Source: Octopus sinensis
Lineage: Eukaryota
Direction of reading: 5' to 3'
Length of the DNA: 64,000 bases
NCBI RefSeq assembly: GCF_006345805.1
Contig: NC_043004.1
Span: forward strand, 46,872,001 to 46,936,000
The notes below the pieces were generated by a model. That model was not told the DNA's origin. It saw only the letters and a list, made by a program, of their open reading frames with translations, and did no database searches. Shown here one piece after another: positions 52,840 to 64,000 of this stretch. A program made the translations under genes and the position numbers. Positions within the stretch are counted from its first letter, which is position 1, and the number at the start of each line of letters is the position of its first letter.

Positions 52840-54295
52840 GTGAAAATCAAGTAAAGTATAATTTGAGAAGAGGCCAGGGAAAATTAAACCTCTTGCTATT
52901 CATGGACGACCTGAAGCTATTCACAAAATCTGGACAGCCTAGACCAGTCGGTGCTGATTTTCCAATGATATTAAGAAGGGGTGTGGACACTCAAAATATG
53001 CTACGATTGTGATGTGACGAGGAAAGCTTGCCAGGACAGAAATCATATGGCAGCCATATGGTGAAGTGATGAAGGAAATTCAACCACGATCCAGTTATAA
53101 ATACCTGGGTATACTTGAAGCAGATGGAATCAAACACCACGACATGAAGGAAACGACAAAAAGAGAGTGATGTGAGTGAGAAAAAAATTGACTTTAAAGC
53201 TGGATGCCAGAAATATAATTTCGGCATTAAACGCACGCGTCCATCGCGGTAGAACGGTACGGCGCTGAAATCCTGACGTGGACAGGGAAGAAGCTAAAGG
53301 AGATGGACAGGAAGTCAAGAAAGTTCCTAAGATGCATGGGGCACATCATCTATGTGTAGATACTGATCGCCTAGAGAAGGAAGACTGACATTTGTGGAAG
53401 AATGCACGCGTATGGAATTCGAGATCTTAATCTGATACCTAGCTCAAACTTGAGGAAACCTTGCTAGTGAGAGTTAAGAACGAGGGAGTATTGAAAATAA
53501 AAAGAAGGGAAAGTAAGAAGTAAGAAGTACAGAAAGGACATGAAGAACAATTACGCAACAAGGGTCTAAACAATCACTTCTGTGTAGCCACAATTGAAGT
53601 TGCTGAAAAATAGGTAGGGACCCTAAAATAAGAGACCGAGAGCATTCTACTGGCAGCGCAGAACCAAGCATTGGGCGCGAAGAATGAGCAAGTGTCTCTA
53701 TTGTGCAGCATCTGCAACAGAGTGGATAAAACCATTGCCCATATCATGAAAGAATGCCCCAGACTTGTCCAAAACCATAACAAGTTGTGGCGAAAGGCCC
53801 AGGTAGCGAAAATGCTACACTGGAAATTATGCGAAAATTGAGGACTAAAGAGAGACAAGCCGCGGTGTGAACACAATAGCGGATCACACACAAGCAAAAT
53901 TTTCTGGGATTTCCCTATCCAAAGTGATCAGAAGCTAGAGCATAACAGACCACAGGACCACGAATTTTGAAGAAAGAAGACGAAAAGATAGATACAACCG
54001 TTTTAAGTTCGCAACGGCTCGGCTATGGAAGATGAAGAAGGGAAAGATAGTGCCAGTTATTGTTGGGTTCAGTATCAGTAGGCATCCAGATGAATATAAA
54101 GGAAATTGGGATAGAGTGCCCAATAGAACTGTTACAAAATGTTTGTCGCTAAGGCATCGCCAGAATTCTCAGAAAAGTATTAGATAGTTGAAAAGAACGA
54201 TTAGCATGGTACTATAGACTATAGGTAGTAAGCCCGCTACGCATGCCAGAATCCAGGAGCTCCAACAATACTTGTTATAAAGAGAAAATGATAAT
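52840..54295 (+). mobile_element. Second, tandem R4/Dong-like fragment (RT C-half to RLE end)
   Basis: KYNLRRGQGKLNLLLFMDDLKLF; ETESILLAAQNQAL; CSICNRVDKTIAHIMKEC; FWDFPIQSDQKLEHNRP; ends near short TAA repeats. Confidence 0.88.
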
Positions 54296-54455
54296 AATAA
54301 TGAAAATAAATTATTTTCCTATTGCTTTCCATTTAACCGTACACAATTTTATAAAAATATTTTTTTTAGATACAGAATGGGAGAAAATAATGAGTAGCAC
54401 ACAAACATTGATAAGTGTAGAATTATTAGATCTGTTATCAAAGTGTTATTAGGAA

Positions 54456-54751
54456 TTGTTGTTTGTTCCTTCTCAAGCCATACCTAACTCATAGGGCCCG
54501 TTCCCCAGTTTTTTGGCGTATAGGTTCCCCAACTGGACGGGACGCCGGTCCATCGCAGGTGAGCTGCAAGATGCAGTAGGAAAGAGTGAGAGAAAGTTGT
54601 GGCGAAAGAGTCAGCAGAAGTTTCGCCATTACCTTCTGCCGGAGCCGCGTGGAGCTTAGGTGTTTCTCTCATAAACACACATCGCCCGGTCTGAGATTCG
54701 AACCCGCGATTCCTTGACCGCTGCTCTAACCACTAGGCCATGTGCCTCCAC
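54456..54751 (-). mobile_element. tRNA-derived SINE with the S3 head and a different, V-SINE-like 3' part
   Basis: Minus strand GTGGAGGCACATGGCCTAGTGGTTAG head, middle shared with 15699-16075, then GCGATGGACCGGCGTCCCGTCCAG and an AACAAACAAC tail. Confidence 0.75.
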
Positions 54752-55216
54752 TTATAAGGAATTAAACAACATAAATGTATGAATGCAGTATGGAGTGAAT
54801 AAAATGTTAAGGTATTGTGCGGAAATTAATAGTTATACCGGTTTGTGTTCAAGCATGTTCGGTTTCATTCTTCAGAGAACCAGTGCATGAATTAACTATT
54901 GGAAGACGTCATCAATTGATGCTTCATAAATTTTACACGGATACAGCTATCACCAAAGGAAACAAATATTTGAGGGAATTTTCGACGATGATGTTGTGCT
55001 AAAGTTTTAAAATTATTATAGTTTTTTGTCCTTGTCTAAAGTGAAAATAAATATAAAAATTCCCTTTAGGAAAAAGGCCAGTTTTGTTTTTGCGCACGCA
55101 TTCATGGAATGCGTATGCCGAGCATTTCACGACATTCTTAGATAATAGGTTGTATCTTAATTATCACCTCTCAATTACGTGACATTCGCGTATTTTTGAT
55201 TATTAGAAGACAGAAA

Positions 55217-55430
55217 GGCCGCAAGCCGGCAAAATAGTTATCAAGCCGGCAAAATGTTTAGCAGCATTTCGTCCGACTTTTCGTTGTAAGTTAAAGAGCC
55301 ACCGCGGTCAACTTTGTTAATCAATCTCTCGAGATCGATAAAATAAGTAACGGCTGAGGATTGTGGTTGATGTAATCGACTCACCTCCAGCTCTGAACTT
55401 GCTAACCTTGTACTAAAATTTGAAAGCAAT
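55217..55430 (-). mobile_element. SINE family S1 variant, degraded
   Basis: gcagcatttcgtccgac...ggtcaactttg...gatgtaatcgactc. Confidence 0.55.
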
Positions 55431-56384
55431 GTTAGAAGATAGACATAGAAAACTCCAATTGACAGATTGAACCCCAAAACCGTATAAATAGAATATGTAA
55501 TGAGTGAAATGAATTTTATAAATATTCGGTTCATATGTTGACAACTCTTACGCGCTCTAAAAATAATTTCCTTACTTGAGCATATCGCCGAACTAGCAAC
55601 CAGAGTTTATGCTCAACTTTCAATTATTTGGATGGTATGTGGTACAAAATGTTTGTTATTTTGGGTTTTTTTATCCGCGAAATGTATTTTATCTTACCCT
55701 AAAAATCTTTAAATCCAAAGGATTACAGTAGACTTGTTAATTCCTTGTCCAATTCGTACATAAATTATGCATACCGTTAACAATCTATAGAAATGAGAAG
55801 CACAAGCAATCACATTAGTCAGCGAGGGAACGATAGATTATTAGAATGGAGTTTGTACAAAACAAAGTACTCACCACAATTTGCTCTCATATATTTTGTT
55901 GCCAAAAATAATTTGCGTGTCAAAGAAACAATACTAATTATTGTATTGATTCGGCTTTGAATTTAACCGAAACAGTTCACACAACCATAGATTCAACGAA
56001 ATATAATTGGTTTTAGGGACTACACTTTATTAATAACTTTTATTAGTTTTTGTTGTATTTAGGAATGATCATTTTGCCAGTTTAGCCAATAAAAACACAC
56101 GCACTATATATTTGGTGTTACTTTGCTTCAGCGTTATATTTTTTACATTAATCTTAATATTATTTCGGCCAGAGTTCTTTCGTCACACTCCTGTGACCGC
56201 ATCAGTGGTCCTTTGCTTTCTTCTTTCTTATTTGTGTGTTTTTCCTTACTAACGGTCAGCCATTTTGTATTTCTGTTCTTCATTTGCGCATGCGTATACC
56301 TCTATGTGTGTCTATGTTTAGTTAGTGGGGGAGGAGGAAGTGCCTGTAATATTTACAATTACTAATAATCTACACGTCGATAAA

Positions 56385-56500
56385 GATAATTCTTAGCCCG
56401 CCGGGTAAAATATTTAGCGACTATTCATTCCTGTTAACCTTCTTATTTCGAATTCTCATGGGGTTGACTTTGCCTTTCACCCTCTCGGTTTCGTAAGCAA
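56385..56500 (+). mobile_element. SINE family S1, partial
   Basis: gggttgactttgcctttcaccctctcgg. Confidence 0.5.
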
Positions 56501-57421
56501 ATGAGTAACTGTCAGTCTGGATACGCACAGATTTACAGAAAAGAAATCAGTCGACTCGCACATTGCAAATACAGTCTGTAAAACTATGCAAAACTTTTCT
56601 CAGATTTAAAATGTGGCATCATTTTTGTTATCTACATTCCAATGATGGAACTTTATATGTATGTTAGGAAGCAGCTCCTTCAGAGGAAGAACTTAAATGC
56701 TTAAAATTAGAAGAGAAACGTATGTCCATCCATCCATCAATCCATCCATCCATCCATACATACATACACGTCTGCAATATAAGACGTATATATGTATGCA
56801 ACACTAGATGAAAAACGCTAAACATAAAATAATTTCTAGTGAACATGCAAGTATAATTTAAATCTTAGACACCATTAGAGAAAAACAAGTGCATAGAAGT
56901 GAAAGGTACGAATAAAAATATTCAATACCTTTCCATGTTAATTTCGCTTTTGAAAAGACAGGCGAATATCGTGTCATTTCCTTTTTTTTTTATTTTGCGA
57001 CCGAATCCAAAATATCTTATGATGCGTACAGTAATGTATTGCTATGAAAGATGAGTAAAAAGCTAGTATGAAGTAGCGTGTCGGTTTCGCTTGGTGACTT
57101 GAATTAGTATAAAAATTTTTTTCTTACTCACGCTTACTTTCTTGCTTTCACTTCTAGATTTTCTTTATTTCTTTCTTTGTACTTTTCTTCACCTTCTGTG
57201 TGTCCATTAGTATATAGCTTTTGTTTTGAAATCTTTTTTTTTTCCTCCCTTTCCTCATGTGTTACCTTTTTTCTCTACTTCATCTGCAACTTCACTGTGA
57301 CACATTTTCAGATAGTGTAACTACATTCCTCTACATGCAATTTGGCTCAAAGAAACGATTCGCTGGACACGTATGTTACGATGTACTTACTCCGTGTGTG
57401 CGCGTATACATACATACAAAC

Positions 57422-57489
<68 letters not shown>

Positions 57490-57490
57490 C

Positions 57491-57531
<41 letters not shown>

Positions 57532-57856
57532 TGTACGTGGGAGAGTATGTATATAAATATATACATCATTTATACATCAACACATATAGGTGTCCATGTG
57601 CATCAACATATATATGCATGTCTATATTCATCAACATGTTTATATTTGTGCATACTCTATATGTGTACTAGCATGTCTGAACGTGCATCTATTGCTAAAG
57701 AAATCTAAGTAGAATATTCTAACGAAATGCATATACAAAGGCGTTTACACAATTATTCTGAAGGCATCCATATCTGATCATCATTTTGAAAATGATTTAA
57801 CATATTCTAGGATCGGAAATGAGAGTAAAAAATATATACACACATACTTTATATAA

Positions 57857-57984
<128 letters not shown>

Positions 57985-58769
57985 TTATATAAACAAACAC
58001 ACACATATATAGACACACGCACATATATATAGACACGCACACATATATATGTGTATATATACATATTTGTGTGTGTGCGTATGTTTGCGCGTGTGTGTGC
58101 CCGTGTTTGATGCATATTTGTATGTACATGTACTACACGATTCATCTTGTTCTGAAGGGAACCAAAGTTCATCTTATTTATTCCAAACGTTGTTTATCTT
58201 TTTTACAAACAAAGGATATGTTTTACGATGTTCAGTGGTAGTAAACTTACACTAATTAATATCATTAATCATCCACAGAATAATAAAAAAAATTGTAATT
58301 AACATTTTTATGCAAAACATTCTTATAATTTTTTTTGTATTCATCCACCTTCCAGTTTTTAATATTTCTGACGTAAAGGGACAGGGAAAACAGTAAAATA
58401 AATGTCAGTTATTGATATATCTCGTTTCTCACTGTCGTACGGCATATTCAATACACCATAACGTTTACGTAACCTTCTCGCGGAACTGAGACACGACTTT
58501 AATATATGAACGTTGACCAATCAATCACTATGTTATCGGACATCGTTTAGAGTCTTATTTCCGAATAGCAGCAGAACTTGTGAAATACCGATAGCTGTGG
58601 TCCCCGTTCACTTCCGGGAAGTTTTCGTGTTTTCTAGGCTTCTTGATTTGAATAATATACGTCCTTAAAGGGACCATCTTTAAACGAAATACTCTAACTA
58701 AACATTTAACCACACGTGCACATGATGTCTATGACGTTTCATTTCCAAACGATAGTAAAGCTTGACATG

Positions 58770-59140
58770 GTAAGCATCATCGTGGACGGAATGCAAATCT
58801 CAGAAACAGGAGATTAATATAAAGTATTGTCTCTAAATCCATCAAACTTTACTGCAAAATTGACCACAAAGTAAAACAACCGCATTGCCAATCTACTCTC
58901 AGACTAAACCAAACTAAACGAATTAATCGTGAGCTCCATAACTCTTAATAGCGTGGAGGGGGTGGTATTGCCGAACATTCCGTGGGTCAGATCAACATTG
59001 TTAAAAGGTAAATTGACATAGAGACTATCAAATTTGGTCGATAATTCCATGGAACAACGTCATCTCTGATGAATCTTCATTCACTCTTTCCTCCACGCAT
59101 TTTGGAGTTATAATTGGGGAACCATTTCCCTTTTCCCTCA
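58770..59140 (+). mobile_element. Tc1-like transposase remnant
   Basis: GKHHRGRNANL..RR...IVSK; RRELH-like segment; WNNVI-SDESSFTL (first D of the DDE triad). Confidence 0.65.
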
Positions 59141-60779
59141 CCGATTAAAGAATTATGACAAAATAGGTTAAGCTTCCCGTACCAACCGCTGATAACATGC
59201 TAGAGTAAAGTTTTTCGCGTATTAAATCTGTGGTTGATGCTTAAGATTAAACAATCAGTTACTGAGCATCCCCTTCCTTATTCACCACGGAGACGTAGCA
59301 TCTTATCAAATCATACAAAATTGCTTTTAATAACGTAATTCCAATATTTTGCCCAAACCGTGCATCTGCCTGTACATGTGTGCTCGTGTGAGTACGTGTT
59401 TTTATGTGTGTACGTGATGTTTATTAGTGTGTGTATGTGTTTAAGAGCACCATTTTAGATATAAATTTGTGGAAACTTCTGCTGAATATATGACTCAAAA
59501 TACGGCATATACAAAATTCAGAGTACCTGCTTATACTGTCTGTTGGTTGAATGATCGATTTGATCAGTTTATTTAGAAATTGTAGTTAATTGAAGTCGAA
59601 GGTCACTATGCACAACTTTAGACTACATAAATATTTTCCGAGCAATTTATATTACGAACCAGATTAGTATTCAGAGTGTAAGTCATGAAATTGCTGATAG
59701 CATACCAATAATCTGTGTATACGAAGAGTAGATGAATAAAGTAAGTTATATTAAATAGTATGTTATAGATCAGCTGCAGTCTTCTACTAGTATTAGTAGC
59801 TTGTTAGTATAAATATACATTTAGTCTCTTAAATATTTATTTAGCATTGCATTATTTAATGTCTTCCATTTACGTGTAGGGTTAGGAAGCCAAAACTAAC
59901 GAAGTTCTCCAAGAAGTTTTTAATCAAGTTATAATACACGTTACAACTTTAAACCTCCGGTATTTCTAGCGTGTATTTCCGGATGGTGGGCTGCGCGAAA
60001 AAGGATGATAATAAATTCTTTGCTCACTATGCAATCTATTCTGAAATAAAAAGAGAAATCCTGCAATATGGCAATCCTGAGATCATAATCAACCCTCAAC
60101 AGAATAAAACTACTGCACTTATATTAGAGTGACACATATAGCGCCCCAACAACCAAAACCGCAATAATATCTATTATCTAAAAATTAATAATAGCAAATT
60201 ATATCTTCAAAATGCAGGATACATACATATATACATACACAAATACATCACCATCCATATGTTCACAACCTTTCAGCCTGCAGTTTATTTACATACTTCC
60301 AAGCTGCACTTCTCCATAACATTATGGTTTCGGTAATGTGCAATGCATGTGATACATCAACATTGTTTTCAGCGTGCGAGATTCCAGTTGTCACTGGATT
60401 TATAAATGAGATTTGAGAGCAAACAAACATGAATTTCTGTTCACTAAAGAGCATTACATTTCAGTGCCACGACTGACTACATACAAAATATATTCAACGT
60501 TACTAATGAATGATACATCATGTTAAGCAATGGATCCCGCAATAGCCATAATTTAAAAATTGAGTTGGACGTGTACAGATAAGAGCCTACCCCCAGCAAT
60601 CAATAATCGAAACTTATAGTAGAGAAACAGAAACAATTTAAGAACCTTTGCATTATAAGGCTTCCAATTTCAGTGAAAGACCGGCATCCATCAACAAGGC
60701 AAAGCGGATATAAAGTAATAAATCCCTGAGAGAAAATATTGAGTTAGTGAAGTAAAGGCAGACAGACAAACACACAAAC

Positions 60780-60783
60780 AGAC

Positions 60784-60871
<88 letters not shown>

Positions 60872-60903
60872 TGGTAGATAGATAGATAGATAGATAGATA
60901 GAC

Positions 60904-60967
<64 letters not shown>

Positions 60968-60970
60968 TGG

Positions 60971-61002
<32 letters not shown>

Positions 61003-61003
61003 C

Positions 61004-61067
<64 letters not shown>
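60780..61067. repeat. Long (GATA)n array with an internal ~100-bp duplication
   Basis: Variant units TTGG (60871, 60967) and GACA (60901, 61001) recur in the same order. Other GATA arrays lie at ~18105-18180, 37805-37890 and 39086-39200. Confidence 0.9.
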
Positions 61068-61068
<1 letters not shown>

Positions 61069-61996
61069 TGTTAGTAGGTAGGCAGGCAGGCAGGTAGGGA
61101 GGCACGTACCGTATAGGCAGATTTGTATACAGAGAGATATACAAACAGAAGAATACGTTGATGCATAAAAACAAAGTAAGCAAACAAAAACCGGAGAGTG
61201 TTCAATATTTTTTTCATTGAATATTGGTGCGAAAATTTCAGAGACAAAAGTCCATCTTTACGTGTGCCATTTATTTTTCGCTTAATGCCTCGACAAGTAG
61301 GTAGTCCAGGCACTGTTAATGTATATGAATTTGATGATAGATAATCCATTGGTGTCTGAGGACAACTAAGTCTGTGTTCTCAGTGGTGAGAGCGCACGTA
61401 CCTGAACATTCCATATACACGCGCGCGCACACACACCCATATTCGTATATGCTGATAAGGATAACGTATTTTGTTCTTGAATCATAGTATACTCGCAAGA
61501 ACATTAAAAGATTATAACTCAATACAGTATCCTAAGTTTCGAGTTAACAATGGATTTAATTAACTCTGTGTTATCTCTTCTAATTTCCTATAGGATTTAG
61601 AGCCAACACTGAAAGTTTAGATGATTCACGCTGTTTACATAGATGTGTTCGTATACGTAATGTCATAACTTTTTTACTGTTTCTAAATTCTATAGAAAAT
61701 CTGTAGAAATAACATATATGATTCTCTGTCAAACTATTTTCTTATAGGAATTTTTTTCACATCTATCCAATATGGACAATTTCGAGATTCCTCTTACGGA
61801 ATGAAACATGTGTAATGGTGAATAACTGACTGGAAAAAATAGTCATATATATATAGAGAGAGAGGGATAGATAGATATAGATATATATATACATACATAT
61901 ATATATACATATATATATACATATATATATATATTCATATATATATATATATATAATATACTAACAATGCACTCTTCTCTCTCAGTATGAGTGTAT

Positions 61997-62076
<80 letters not shown>

Positions 62077-62666
62077 ATGTATATGAATATCTGTTTATAT
62101 ACGTGTCAGTCCGGGTGTGTTTTTGTGTGTTTGTGAATGCGTATCTTTATATGTTTGGACATATATCTGTGTGACTGTTGGGACATTATACAGAGAAAAC
62201 AATTGGGAGAAGTATGGCATAGATTGAACGGAAAGAATTAATATGCCAGACTGAACAATTTGCTTGACTATAGTCTAAATTGTATTACAGATATACAACT
62301 TACTTTTTATTTTTGCTTTTTCGAAACAATACTACTATTCAATTAGTTTCTTGGGAATCAAACTGAAATTAACAATTGACACGCACCCAAATATTTCAAT
62401 CTATATCACGGTGTCTGTTTTTGGCTTTCCTTTGTACATTTCCAGTCATGAAGAATGGACACTAGTTCTTGCGCAATGTTAAATATAAGTGTATTATACC
62501 ACGCTGTTCTATTTCTACAACATTAATTACAAATACGTATTCACGTTAATCTATGTATCTTTCTATCTCTCAACCTTTTTACTATCTTTCTCTCTTTCGC
62601 TCTCTTTCACTCCCTCTCTCTTTCTCTCTGCCTCTGTTTATCCGCCTCTCTCTCTCTCTCTCTCTG

Positions 62667-62737
<71 letters not shown>

Positions 62738-62855
62738 ATATACAAACATTTATATATGTGTATGTGTTCGTGAATGTATGTATGCATGTATGTACATTTA
62801 CACACACACTCGTACACACATATGAATATATGTATATATATTATATAAATATATA

Positions 62856-62905
<50 letters not shown>

Positions 62906-63654
62906 CATATAAAATGCATACACGATTATTTAGTACGTTTAAAATTTAGATTGCGTGACAAATCACGAATATTTAGAACTACGTATGTATTCCTGTATAT
63001 CCAAACGTAAAACTGCTAGGGAAGTTGTGTAGATTTATTTTACTCATATGTATGTGTTGGATATACGAGCAGGCGCCTGTATGAGAGAGAAAGAGTATGT
63101 GTGCGTGTGGGTCTGTGTATATATGTGTGTGTTTACGAAACCAGATATAAAGAAATATTATATGCTCTTTATTTATTATCTATTCATGAAATTCTATACA
63201 ATCTACGATATTGTAGATGGGACTGTTTTGTATATTACCATATTACTTTCTCCATTGTATAGATGCTTAAGAGTTGCGTGAGATTTACCTTATTTTGAAT
63301 TCTTACTGGCAACTTGTAATTTCATTATGCTTTTAACCACATTATAATTTCATCTGATATATTATGCTATTTACTTGAAGCAAAAAAAAAATACTTCTAG
63401 TACTGAAATTTTTCCCGTTGTTGGTAGTAATAGATGTCAACGATTGTCTAAGCGTTTATAAATGTATATATTTGATAGGTTCAGTATTCCGTCCAGCATA
63501 ACATATTTCAGTCTGCTCTGCTATATTATCATATTTAGTAGCTTCGTATATGCTCATCTCATTTATGTTGCATGATATCACGTTACGTTTGTTCGTTATT
63601 CCTTCTCAGTGGACACTAGTTCTTGCGCAATGTTAAATATAAGTGTATTATACC

Positions 63655-63900
63655 GGCATCTGCACGGGGGTCACTTCTCGGAACCGTTTCGGATTACCCG
63701 AACTGTCCGTCAACGTAGCCCCCTCTCCTCTCTCCTGTACATATTGACTCTTGAGCCTTTACTGCGGAAGCTGGAGCTGCTGTGACGCATCCCGCTCGAT
63801 TAGGACGCAGAATTGGTAGGCATATCATAGGAAGAAGATGAGAAGTTGATGGGAGCAAATCTTAACCTCTATGAAGAACTGTATCGAAAAAGCTTCACAC
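63655..63900 (+). mobile_element. L1/Tx1-like reverse transcriptase fragment
   Basis: SEPFRITRTVRQRSPLSSLLYILTLEPLLRKLE (compare F.I.RSVRQGCPLSPLLY.L.LEPLLR.L). Confidence 0.75.
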
Positions 63901-64000
63901 ATAATATATATTATTTTCTGAAATTTTAGATTCTATTTCATTTATTTTCATTCGATGATTCACATTTTGAAAGTCTTTGTCCCCGTATTACCTCCTTTGT

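Noticed and set aside
60315-60411. Minus-strand 97-nt exon-like segment (TTGISHAENNVDVSHALHITETIMLWRSAAW, donor GAA|GTATGT)
   Set aside because: No homology recognised; splice signals alone are insufficient.

Overview
AT-rich, repeat-dominated animal genomic DNA, most likely non-coding or intronic sequence from an octopus (coleoid cephalopod). The organism is inferred from the tRNA-derived SINE families and the density of (AT)n, (CA)n, (GATA)n and (TAA)n microsatellites. I found no intact host gene. Most ORFs in the track are microsatellite translations. Recognisable content: about 20 SINE copies from 3-4 families; two clusters of R4/Dong-like restriction-like-endonuclease (RLE) LINE fragments next to (TAA)n arrays; RTE, CR1-like and Tx1/L1-like remnants; mariner and Tc1 remnants; and many Penelope-like element (PLE) tails, often as inverted repeats with hammerhead-ribozyme (HHR)-like motifs. 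The most striking object is at 44920-45863. The 5' part of a host AGPAT5-like acyltransferase mRNA (ATG to the NHQSTxD catalytic motif) is fused 4 nt upstream of a canonical minimal type I hammerhead in a PLE-type tail, and most of the unit is inverted-duplicated. This suggests PLE/HHR-mediated capture of a host mRNA 5' end. All family assignments come from motif recognition by eye; no database searches were run.
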